This document shows, in pieces, positions 35,505 through 44,807 of a DNA stretch of 64,000 nt. The notes beneath the pieces were generated by a model, which saw only the letters and a program-made list of their open reading frames with translations, had not been told where the DNA came from and did no database searches. Source of the stretch: Vicinamibacteria bacterium (lineage in GTDB: Bacteria; Acidobacteriota; Vicinamibacteria; Vicinamibacterales; UBA8438); the NCBI GenBank assembly GCA_963579735.1, contig CAUZIB010000011.1:700-64699 (forward strand), read 5' to 3'. The translations under genes were made by a program, and so were the position numbers. Within the stretch, counting starts at the first letter, position 1, and every line of letters starts with the position of its first letter.

Positions 35505-37499
35505 GTGAGAACGGTGTTGGGGCTCAGGTCGTCGGGATTGGGGGCGGATATGGTTGGGAATGTTGGGCGCAGCGTCGGCGTCGCTCTCCTGATGGTGCTC
35601 GTGGGGGGCGCCGGCTTGCGGGCGCAGGATGATGTGGACGCCGGCCGCACAGACTGGACCTATTTCGGGGGAACGACGGAGTTCACGCGATATTCGGCTG
35701 CCGATCAGATTGACGCGACCAACGTACGGAATCTGCAGATCCTATGGCGCCGGCCAGCGCTGGCCTCGGTTTTCAGGGAAAGCTTCCCCGAGCTCCGACC
35801 GTCGAATTACCTCCGCTCGACACCAATCTTGATCAATGACGTGCTGTATGCGTCAAATGCGGTTGGTCTGGTGGAAGCCTTTCGTCCGGATACCGGAGAG
35901 ACTGTCTGGATCCAGCCGCCGGTCTCCCAAACGTTGGAGGGCGTCGCCGGTCGTGCCGCCTATGGCGTGGGCTTTTGGACCGATGGGGTCGATGCGCGCA
36001 TCTTGTCGTTACGTCAGCGGCATCTGTACGCACTCGACGCCGCGACCGGGCGACCGATTCCTGGCTTTGGCGAGAATGGGCGCGTCGACCTGACACCAGC
36101 CGGGGCTCGGGTCGCCAACGGTGGCTCCAGTCCGATTGTGGTTGGCGATATCGTGGTGGTCGCCGGTACCGTTGACGGCGCGGGTGATAGCGGTTCGCGG
36201 TGGAGAGGGAGTCTCCCCGAGAACATACGCGGGTATGACGTCCGGACCGGGAACCTCCGGTGGACCTTCCATGTCGTGCCGCGGCCCGGCGAGTTTGGGG
36301 CCGAGAGCTGGGGTGCCGGTTCGTTGACCGCGTCGGGCGACCTGGGGGCGTGGTGTTGTGTGAGCGCCGATCTCGAGCTGGGTTATGTCTATGTTCCGCT
36401 GACCGCGCCGACGGCCGCGTATTACGGCGGTCATCGACCCGGCGACAACTTGTTTTCGAACAGCCTGGTCGCGCTCAATGCCGAGACCGGCGAGCGGGTC
36501 TGGCACTTCCAGATGGTCCATCACGACCTGTGGGAGTACGACACGATTGGTCCGCCGACGCTTGGCGAGGTCACAGTCGCCGGACGTCGGATCAAGACGG
36601 TCATGCAGCCCAGCAAGACCGGATTTCTCTATGTTTTCGACCGCGAGACAGGCGAGCCCGTGTGGCCAATCGAAGAGCGGCCGGTGCCGCCATCCACTGT
36701 TCCCGGTGAGCGTGCGTCGCCGACCCAGCCCTTCCCGACCAAACCGCCGCCGTTCGCTCGTCAGGGCGTGGCTGAGGACGACCTTATCGATTTCACCTCA
36801 GAACTCGCGACCCGCGCCCGCGACGTTGCGAACACGTTCGTCATCGGTCCGATCTTTACACCGCCGTCCGTAGTCGATGAGACGGAAGGTGGGACGCAGG
36901 GAACGCTGGCGTTGCCCGGGTCGTGGGGTTCGGGGAACTGGAACACCGGCGCTTTTGACCCAGAGACCGGCTACTACTACGCGTTTTCGCATGTGGTGCC
37001 GCGGGTCTATCGACTTGCGGATGCCACCGACCAGCCGGCAACCGAAATGGCGTATTACAGTCCCAATCGAGACGCGCCGTATCTGGATGGGATCCCACTC
37101 GTCAAACCGCCCTGGGGTCGGCTCACCGCGATTGATCTCACTCGTGGCGAGCACGCATGGGTCGTCGCCAACGGAGGAGGGATTCGAGACCACACGGCGC
37201 TGCGTGGTTTGGACCTTCCGCGATTGGGCGTGGCGAGTCGGCCGGTCGCTTTGGTGACAAAAACACTTCTTTTTATCGGTGAGGGCGGAAACGTATTTGG
37301 TGGGATCCAGCCGAATATGTGGGGAGCGGGGTTTCGCGCCTACGACAAAGAGGCAGGGTATGTGGTCTGGGAAACGGAGCTGCCGGCGGGGACAACCGGC
37401 GGACCGATGACCTATGTCTTCGAGGGAAAGCAATACATCGTCGTACCGATCGGTGGGAGCGACTACCCAGCGGAGTGGGTTGCGCTGGGACTCCCCTAG
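35505..37499 (+). CDS. soluble PQQ-dependent dehydrogenase, paralogue of 10269-12266
   Basis: [33 protein letters not shown]. It is collinear along its whole length with the 10269-12266 protein (for example [42 protein letters not shown] versus [42 protein letters not shown]). The start may be ATG 35550. Confidence 0.85.
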   Translation: [664 protein letters not shown]

Positions 37500-37638
37500 T
37501 AGGGCGCGGTCCGTGGGGGGACGCCCGGTGAGGCACCCTGGTTGGGTGGGGCTGCGCAGGGCGGGGCCAGGAAGCTGTCTTCGCCAAAGTGGGCCGTGCC
37601 CGGCGATTCGCTATCGGCAATATTGGAGAGCATCAACA

Positions 37639-39060
37639 ATGTCTCGACCTTCTCTGCTCGTAGCCAGATCCCTTCTCCGCGCCACCCGGTGGCGTGTCCT
37701 CGCCGCCGCCACCACCGTCGCGCTTGGCGCCGCGATCACTCCTAGCGTCGTGTTTGGTCAAGAAGGCGAACCAACCGCCGGTATCGATTGGCCGCAATTT
37801 CGCGGGATTGGCGCGCGCGGCTCGGCGGAGGGATGGACCACCCCAGTTCATTGGAATGGTGAGACGGGGGAGAACATCGCATGGAAAGTGCCGGTCTCCG
37901 GTCTCGGTCACTCGAGCCCTGTCGTGTGGGGAGATACCATTTGCGTCACGACGGCGGTCGGTGGTGGTGACGCCCTCTTGAAGGTTGGCTTGTATGGCGA
38001 TATCGAGCCGGTCGTAAACGAGGGAGAGCATCAATGGGTCGTTCTGTGCTTTGACAAGCACACCGGGACTGAGAGGTGGACGGCGGTGGCGACTGCGGGA
38101 GAGCCGATAATCCCACGGCATCCGAAGTCGACGCACGCCAACTCGACCCTCGCCACCGACGGTGAATCGCTTGTTGCCTTGTTTGGGTCGGAGGGTCTGT
38201 TTTCGTATTTTCTCGACTCTGGAGTGCTTCGCTGGCGGAGAGATCTCGGCGTCCTGAGATCAGGATTCTTTGACGTCCCGGAAGCTCTGTGGGGCTATGC
38301 GGCGTCGCCCGTTATCTACGACGGATTGGTCGTCGTACAGGCCGATGTGCTCAACGAGTCCTTTCTGGTCGCCCTCGACGCCGATACGGGTGACGAGTTG
38401 TGGCGCACGTCTCGCGATGACGTCCCGACGTGGAGCACCCCAACCGTCCACGTGGTCGACGGCGTGGCTCAGGTGATCGTGAATGGGTATCGCCACATCG
38501 GCGGATACGACCTCCACTCCGGTCGGGAGGTCTGGAGAATGGAAGGGGGTGGCGACATCCCGGTGCCCACGCCCATTGTCCACGACGGCCTGATCTTTAT
38601 CACCAATGCCCACGGACCTGGCGCTCCGGTCATTGCGGTGAGCGACGGCGCCTCGGGCAACATCTCACTCGCCGCGAACCAAACATCGAATGACCACGTC
38701 GTGTGGAGCCAGCCGCGTGGCGGCGGCTATATGCCGACCCCACTTGTCGTCGATGGATATCTACACGTGCTTCGCGACATTGGCGCGGTGGCTGTTTACG
38801 ATACGACCACCGGTCGCCGACACTACCAAGAGCGGGTTGCCGGTGGGGGCTCTGGATACACCGCCTCGCCTGTGGCCGGCGACGGGAAGCTCTACGTGTC
38901 GAGCGAGGACGGCACCATCCATGTCCTCCGGACGGGGCCGGAGTTTCAGCATCTCGCCGCGAATCCGATGGGCGAGACCCTGATGGCGACCCCCGCCCTA
39001 TCGGAAGGGATGTTGTTTGTGCGGACCCGGGGGCATCTCGTTGCGATAGCGGGCTCGTAG
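37639..39060 (+). CDS. PQQ-like (BamB-type) beta-propeller repeat protein, secreted
   Basis: ATG 37639 with a GGAG RBS and a signal peptide. WPQFRGIGARGS...HSSPVVWGDTICV, with repeated propeller blades. Same family as 46500-47879. Confidence 0.8.
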   Translation: MSRPSLLVARSLLRATRWRVLAAATTVALGAAITPSVVFGQEGEPTAGIDWPQFRGIGARGSAEGWTTPVHWNGETGENIAWKVPVSGLGHSSPVVWGDTICVTTAVGGGDALLKVGLYGDIEPVVNEGEHQWVVLCFDKHTGTERWTAVATAGEPIIPRHPKSTHANSTLATDGESLVALFGSEGLFSYFLDSGVLRWRRDLGVLRSGFFDVPEALWGYAASPVIYDGLVVVQADVLNESFLVALDADTGDELWRTSRDDVPTWSTPTVHVVDGVAQVIVNGYRHIGGYDLHSGREVWRMEGGGDIPVPTPIVHDGLIFITNAHGPGAPVIAVSDGASGNISLAANQTSNDHVVWSQPRGGGYMPTPLVVDGYLHVLRDIGAVAVYDTTTGRRHYQERVAGGGSGYTASPVAGDGKLYVSSEDGTIHVLRTGPEFQHLAANPMGETLMATPALSEGMLFVRTRGHLVAIAGS

Positions 39061-39094
39061 TCGCGGCGCGCCGCGAGACGAGCAAGAGATACGA

Positions 39095-39574
39095 GTGGGA
39101 CGCTTACTGCTGCTCTTTGTCACCCTTCCGGTCGTTGAACTGTTCCTCCTTATAGAGGTCGGACAACGTATTGGGACCGTGATGACGATCGTGCTCATAG
39201 TGGGCACGGGGATCGTCGGGGCGTCGCTGGCACGGCAGCAAGGTCTCAGCACGCTGGCACGTCTGCGCAAGGATCTCGCTGAGGGGCGGTCGCCTGCCGA
39301 ACCGCTTCTTGACGGTGCGCTCATTCTCGTCGCGGCGGCGGTACTTGTGACGCCGGGCGTGCTGACTGACCTCTTTGGATTCTTGTGCCTCATCCCGTTT
39401 TTCCGGCGCTTGCTCAATCGGTATCTCCAGATACGATTTACCAACTCGCTACGGTCGTCCACGCCTGGCGAGTCTGCGGTGCGCGACAGCGCCGATTTCT
39501 CAGGCCCTCGACCCATAAAGAATGTGACTCCGCCGTCCCCCGGGCGTGGGCCCCGTCCATCCCATCGTCCCTAG
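39095..39574 (+). CDS. fxsA: FxsA family membrane protein
   Basis: LLLFVTLPVVELFLLIEVGQRIGTVMTIVLIVGTGIVGASLARQQG...LDGALILVAAAVLVTPGVLTDLFGFLCLIP is the typical FxsA/UPF0716 pattern. Confidence 0.8.
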   Translation: MGRLLLLFVTLPVVELFLLIEVGQRIGTVMTIVLIVGTGIVGASLARQQGLSTLARLRKDLAEGRSPAEPLLDGALILVAAAVLVTPGVLTDLFGFLCLIPFFRRLLNRYLQIRFTNSLRSSTPGESAVRDSADFSGPRPIKNVTPPSPGRGPRPSHRP

Positions 39575-39581
39575 TGGCTCT

Positions 39582-39746
39582 TCAAACGCTTATTTGTAGG
39601 TTGCCGGTGAGGGCTCGTTGGTCCTCGCCAGGCGGGCGGAGCGCGCAATTCTGGAAATCTGAAGCGACGGCTAACGCCGCGAGCAGCGACGCTTGATTGA
39701 GCAACATGAGGAGCATCAGCGCAGACGCGATACGTATGTGTTTCAT
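39582..39746 (-). CDS. possible small secreted peptide (54 aa), below the ORF-track cutoff
   Basis: AAGAGGA RBS about 6 nt before ATG 39746. Manual translation gives MKHIRIASALMLLMLLNQASLLAALAVASDFQNCALRPPGEDQRALTGNLQISV*. The N-terminus is signal-peptide-like. I recognise no homology. Confidence 0.3.
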   Translation of the reverse strand: MKHIRIASALMLLMLLNQASLLAALAVASDFQNCALRPPGEDQRALTGNLQISV

Positions 39747-39804
39747 ACGATCCTCTTTTTTTCGGTGTCGTCACCAACGTTTGACCCCGATGCGGGAGAA
39801 TCGG

Positions 39805-40673
39805 TCAGCTTTCACCTCGGCGCTCCGCCGTCCTCGGTATTTTTGGCACGAACGCACAGAATCGGCGCGAGTTGTCGACCAGAATGCGTCTGAGCGTCTC
39901 TTCATCCACACCGGCCCGACGCAGCTTTGGAACAAACACCGTCACGGTCCTCGAAATACCAGGACCGCCGTTTTGCTGCCAATTTGGCCAGGCATTCACG
40001 CCGAAGTCGGCGGAAATCAATAGCCGATTCTCGTAGCCCGCTTCGAGGAGCTTGAGGATCATCGGCACGTTGCGGTCGTCGCTGCCCCCGCCCTGTCGGT
40101 CAAAACCCACAAACGCCCCGCGTCGCGTGATGGCCTTGTGGACCTCCACCTCTGGTGCCACCAGGCTACCGAGATGACCGATTGCGACACGGTCGGGCTG
40201 GACTCCCATCGATTCCAGGATGTCGAGTTGTTCCTCCGCACACTTTCCGTTCTCGGTGGGCGTGAAGATCGGGAGGTTCGTTGCAACGTGCGCTCTGCCG
40301 ACAGCGCGGAATACTTTCCGCTCGTTTGGCGTGATTTCGTCCGAGGTGCCCATTTCTCCAATGGACAGCCCGTGATGGGGTCACGAACCAGTGGCCGGCG
40401 AGGTCGGCCCGCCCGTGACGGCCGGGCAGCCATCCTCGCGTTCCAATCAGCGCCGTGGGTCAAGTGCTCATGAAACAGCGTCGTCCCGCCACCGAGCCTC
40501 GCGGGGGACAGGTCCTCGAGGACTGTCCGAATGACCGCCCCGTCGGGAAACTCTGGCCCTTGCGCGCCAAAGACGGTGTGTGGCGATCGCGCCACGGCCG
40601 CGCCTGCGCCGAGAACCCTCAGTGCTTCTCGGCGGGTGACGGCTGGCAATCGACACATCACTTCGTCAGACAT
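39805..40673 (-). pseudogene. phosphotriesterase-family (amidohydrolase) protein with Tat leader, disrupted by a frameshift and apparent internal deletion
   Basis: ORF 40059-40673 begins with a Tat leader (VTRREALRVLGAGAAV) and TLFHEHL (HxH metal site), then becomes nonsense. ORF 39805-40353 in another frame gives LSIGEMGTSDEITPNERKVFRAVGRAHVATNLPIF...VAIGHL...LLISADFG. Only about 38 codons separate HEHL from IGEMG, against roughly 100 in intact family members as I recall them. A metal-binding His position reads TPT. Confidence 0.6.
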
Positions 40674-40930
40674 GACCCTCTTTCGATCGGTTCACGACAC
40701 CCGATACTCATCAGCCGGGTTAAGACGTGTCCAAACACCAAACAGCGGCCCAGGCCGTGTTGCTCAACCCCCTGTGACTCTCCCGCTCGAACACAAGATG
40801 TGATGCCGTGCACCAGACACCGAGTTCAAGGCGTAGCTGCGCGGCCCTTGGCACGCCCGTCGGTCCTTGACGGTTGTGACCGGGCAGGCCTACACTTCGA
40901 CCACTGTTGGTACTGCTTCGAGGAGGGTAG

Positions 40931-43405
40931 ATGCGAAGACCGTTACGCGCCACACCGTGCGGATACATCGTCGCGGTCGTCGCATTAGGGTATGCGCAAC
41001 TTGCGTTTGCGCAGGGCTCTCCCACGGCGCTTCCCGCAGCGCCCTCTGATCCCCAAGTTCTGCTCGACGAGTATTGCGTCGCCTGCCACAACGAGCGGAC
41101 CCTGACCGCCGGCCTCTCGCTGGAGATGCGCGATGTTCACGACATCGGCGACGGTGCCGAGATCTGGGAGAAAGTGGTAGGCAAGCTTCGGAGTGGCGCG
41201 ATGCCGCCGCTCGGTCGCCCGCGTCCTGACGAGGCTACCCTGGACGGCTTTGTGACGTGGCTCGAAACAGAGCTCGACGGTGAGGCTGCCCGTCATCCGA
41301 ACCCTGGCCGAACCGCGGATCACCGCCTGAACCGGGTGGAGTATGGCAATGCCATTCGTGACCTCCTGGCGCTGGAGATTGATCCGGCGGCGTTACTCCC
41401 GGCCGATGAATCGGATCATGGCTTTGACAACATCGCCGAAGTGCTGTCAATGTCGCCCACGCTGCTTGAGCGATATCTGTTCGCGGCGAGGAAAATCAGC
41501 CGACTGGCGATCGGGGATCCGACGGCCGGCCCCGCCGTCGAGACCTTTAACCTTTCGCGTGGGTTGCGACAAGACCAGCGCATGAGTGAGGACCTCCCGT
41601 ATGGCACGCGTGGAGGCGCGTCGATACGGCACTATTTTCCTCTGGACGGCGAGTATGTCGTAAAGATCCGACTGGGTCGCAACTACACCAACTCGCAGAT
41701 TCGGGCGATCAAGACCCGGGAAGAGATCGACGTGCTGCTCGACGGCGCGCCCGTGACCAGATTCACAATCGGCGGGCAATGTGGTGACGCCGACCCGCAA
41801 GACCCTGCGTGCATCGGGTCCGGCATCTATCGGACGTCCGCCTACCAGCTCACTGCCGATGAAGCCCTCGAGGTCCGGTTTCCCGCCGAGGCCGGGATGC
41901 ATGCGCTCGGCGTGGCGTTTGTAAGGAAGAGCGTATTGACGGAAGGGCCGGCTCCCGCCTTGCTCCCACCACGACACACGAGCTCGACATATCAGGCGCC
42001 ACGCATGGATATCGACTACGTGCGTCTGGAAGGACCGTTCAACCCCACCGGTCCTGGGGACACCGAGAGCCGTCGCCGAATTTTTGTGTGTCACCCGGCC
42101 GAGATGACCGGGGGCTCCGCGGCGGATATAGACGACGAGACCTGTGCGCGCGAGATTCTCACGACGCTGGCTGGTCGTGCCTATCGTCGCCCGTCGACAG
42201 ATGCAGATGTCGACACGCTGCTCCAGTTCTACGATGCGGGTCGTGACGCTGTCGGCGGAACCTTTGAGCGGGGCATTCAAGAGGCGCTCACGCGGCTACT
42301 CGTCTCACCCCATTTCTTGTTTCGTACTGAGCGTGATCCGCAGGAGGCGACCGCCGCCGGCGTGTATCGAATCAGTGACTATGAGTTGGCGTCGCGTCTA
42401 TCTTTCTTCCTGTGGAGCAGTATTCCGGATGAGGCCTTGCTCGACGCCGCGAAACGCGGGACTTTGGGTGATCCGGAGGGCCTGGCCGCACAGGTAAAGC
42501 GGATGCTGGCCGACCCGCGGGCCTCGGCGCTGACACAGAACTTTGGTGGACAGTGGTTATTTACACGGAATCTCAAGGCCGTCGACCCCGACGCCAGCGC
42601 GTTTCCCGACTTTGACGACAACCTGCGCGCCGCGTTCCAGCGCGAGACGGAGCTGTTTCTCGAGAACCAAATGCGCGACGACCGTCCGCTCGGAGAGCTG
42701 TTGACCGCGCGGCACACATTTGTCAACGAGCGTCTTGCCCGCTTCTATGGGATCCCGAATGTGTATGGAGCGCACTTTCGGCGAGCGGAACATCAAGACC
42801 CGAACCGAGCGGGGCTGTTGGGACAGGGCAGCGTGCTCACCGTGACGTCGTATGCAACTCGGACATCGCCAGTGATTCGAGGCAAGTATCTTCTCGACAA
42901 TATCCTCGGGGCGCCGCCGCCGCCTCCTCCTGCGAATGTACCGGCACTCGAGGACTCGGACCAGGCCGGTCACCCGCTTGCGTCGATGCGCGATCGGATG
43001 GCATCGCATCGGCGGAACGCCGCGTGCGCGAGCTGTCATGCCAGGATGGACCCGCTGGGGTTTGCCTTGGAAAACTTTGACGGGATTGGACGATGGCGCA
43101 CGATGGACGGTGCGTCCGTGATTGATGCGTCGGGCGTGCTTCCGGATGGGACCACGTTTGGCGGACCCGCCGAGTTCAGGGAGGCCCTTCTGGCTCATCG
43201 TGAGGAATTTGTCAGGACCTTTACGGAAAAGCTTCTAACGTATGCGCTCGGCCGCGCAGTGCAGCACTATGACAAACCGACCATCCGGTCGATCGTGCGG
43301 GACGCCGCCTCTAGCGACCACCGATGGTCGTCGCTGGTGCTCGGTATCGTAAAGAGTCGGCCGTTTCAGATGCGAACGGTTCAGGACGCTGAGACGGGAT
43401 TGTAG
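40931..43405 (+). CDS. DUF1592/DUF1588/DUF1587/DUF1585/DUF1595-type ('PSD/PSCyt3') protein with two CxxCH motifs (copy 1)
   Basis: AGGAGGG RBS and a signal peptide. N-terminal YCVACHN...GAMPP, C-terminal CASCHARMDPLGFALENFDGIGRWR, and internal blocks (LNRVEYGNAIRDLL, FGGQWLFTRNL, LTARHTFVNERLARFYGIP, TSPVIRGKYL) that are typical of this family. Confidence 0.85.
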   Translation: MRRPLRATPCGYIVAVVALGYAQLAFAQGSPTALPAAPSDPQVLLDEYCVACHNERTLTAGLSLEMRDVHDIGDGAEIWEKVVGKLRSGAMPPLGRPRPDEATLDGFVTWLETELDGEAARHPNPGRTADHRLNRVEYGNAIRDLLALEIDPAALLPADESDHGFDNIAEVLSMSPTLLERYLFAARKISRLAIGDPTAGPAVETFNLSRGLRQDQRMSEDLPYGTRGGASIRHYFPLDGEYVVKIRLGRNYTNSQIRAIKTREEIDVLLDGAPVTRFTIGGQCGDADPQDPACIGSGIYRTSAYQLTADEALEVRFPAEAGMHALGVAFVRKSVLTEGPAPALLPPRHTSSTYQAPRMDIDYVRLEGPFNPTGPGDTESRRRIFVCHPAEMTGGSAADIDDETCAREILTTLAGRAYRRPSTDADVDTLLQFYDAGRDAVGGTFERGIQEALTRLLVSPHFLFRTERDPQEATAAGVYRISDYELASRLSFFLWSSIPDEALLDAAKRGTLGDPEGLAAQVKRMLADPRASALTQNFGGQWLFTRNLKAVDPDASAFPDFDDNLRAAFQRETELFLENQMRDDRPLGELLTARHTFVNERLARFYGIPNVYGAHFRRAEHQDPNRAGLLGQGSVLTVTSYATRTSPVIRGKYLLDNILGAPPPPPPANVPALEDSDQAGHPLASMRDRMASHRRNAACASCHARMDPLGFALENFDGIGRWRTMDGASVIDASGVLPDGTTFGGPAEFREALLAHREEFVRTFTEKLLTYALGRAVQHYDKPTIRSIVRDAASSDHRWSSLVLGIVKSRPFQMRTVQDAETGL

Positions 43406-43434
43406 AACGCGAGACTCGAGATAGGAGTGTCTGA

Positions 43435-44793
43435 ATGGTGATTACAAAGAAGTGCCTGTCGCGTCGCACCCTGCTGCGCGGTTTGGGTGCGAGTATCGCG
43501 CTCCCGTTGCTCGACGGAATGGTGCCAGCACTCGCTGCGATGCGTAACACGGCCGCGCGTCCCGTCAAACGGCTCGGTGCGGTGTATGTGCCAAACGGCA
43601 TGAGTATGGCTCGCTGGTTGCCGACGGCCGAAGGCCGCTTGGAGCTGACGCCGATCCTCTCGCCGCTCGCGCCCGTGCAAGACCAGGTGACGGTCTTGAG
43701 CGGGATGGCGAACCAGGAGGCAAGGCAATGGCTCGATGAAGGGGATGGCGACCATTCGCGGTGTCAAGCCGCCTATCTCACCGGCGCCCACGCCAAAAAA
43801 GCCTCGGGGGCCAACACAACCCTCGAGGTTGGCATATCGATGGACCAGCTCGCGGCCCGGGAGCTGCGAGAGGACACGCAGCTCGCCTCGCTCGAGCTGT
43901 CTTTGGAAGCCAATGAGCTGGTGGGGCAATGCGAAGACGGGTATGGGTGCGCCTATAGCGCCACTCTTGCGTGGCGGGACGCGAACACGCCGTTGCCGAT
44001 GGAGACAAACCCGCGTGCCGCCTTCGAGCATCTCTTTGGAGCCGTGGGTAGCACGGGTCGCGAAGCTCGGCTCCGCGCCCTGCAGTCGGACAAGAGCATT
44101 CTCGATTCGGTCAGTGAGGAGCTGACAAAGTTGCAGCGCGTGCTCGGTCGAGGCGACCGCTCAAAGCTGGGCGGTTATCTCGATTCGGTGCGGGATATCG
44201 AGCGGCGTATCCAGATTGCCGAAACACAAGCTGACCGCGAGCTTCCCGAAGTCGTGCAGCCGGCGGGTATTCCGGCCACCTTCGAGGACTACGCCAGCTT
44301 GATGTTTGACCTGATGTTTGTGGCGTATCAGGCTGATCTGACCCGAGTTGCAACGTTCTTGATTGGCCGGGAGAAGAGCGTCCGAACCTACCCAGAGATC
44401 GGTGTCGCGGAACCGCACCACCCTGTTTCTCATCACCGACAGAGTCCAGAACAGCTCGAGAAGCTGGCAAAGATCAATACCTTCCATATGCAGATCTTTG
44501 GGCGTTTCCTGGAACGGCTCCGGTCGACCAATGATGGCGACGGCTCGTTGCTGGACCATTCGATGATCATCTATGGTGCGGGGATGGGTAATAGCAACGC
44601 GCACGACCCACTGGATCTTCCGATCGTCCTGGCGGGTGGAGGCGGGGGCACGATCACTGGGGGACGGCACGTCCGGCTGCCAGAGGGGACGCCGCTGTCC
44701 AACATGCATCTGACGGTGCTCGAGAACATGGGGATTCCGGCCGAACGGCTTGGCGATAGCACGGGCGGGTTGCCAGTGCTGTCCGAGGTCTAG
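43435..44793 (+). CDS. DUF1552 family protein with Tat-type leader (copy 1)
   Basis: MVITKKCLSRRTLLRGLGASIALPLLDGMVPA leader. It is collinear with 57259-58614 (VAYQADLTRVATF, HHPVSHH, GDGSLLDHSMIIYG). Confidence 0.85.
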   Translation: MVITKKCLSRRTLLRGLGASIALPLLDGMVPALAAMRNTAARPVKRLGAVYVPNGMSMARWLPTAEGRLELTPILSPLAPVQDQVTVLSGMANQEARQWLDEGDGDHSRCQAAYLTGAHAKKASGANTTLEVGISMDQLAARELREDTQLASLELSLEANELVGQCEDGYGCAYSATLAWRDANTPLPMETNPRAAFEHLFGAVGSTGREARLRALQSDKSILDSVSEELTKLQRVLGRGDRSKLGGYLDSVRDIERRIQIAETQADRELPEVVQPAGIPATFEDYASLMFDLMFVAYQADLTRVATFLIGREKSVRTYPEIGVAEPHHPVSHHRQSPEQLEKLAKINTFHMQIFGRFLERLRSTNDGDGSLLDHSMIIYGAGMGNSNAHDPLDLPIVLAGGGGGTITGGRHVRLPEGTPLSNMHLTVLENMGIPAERLGDSTGGLPVLSEV

Positions 44794-44807
44794 TTGAGAG
44801 GCGTGAG

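Noticed and set aside
41447-42280. 277-aa minus-strand ORF inside DUF1592 copy 1
   Set aside because: It is a shadow ORF with no supporting motif.
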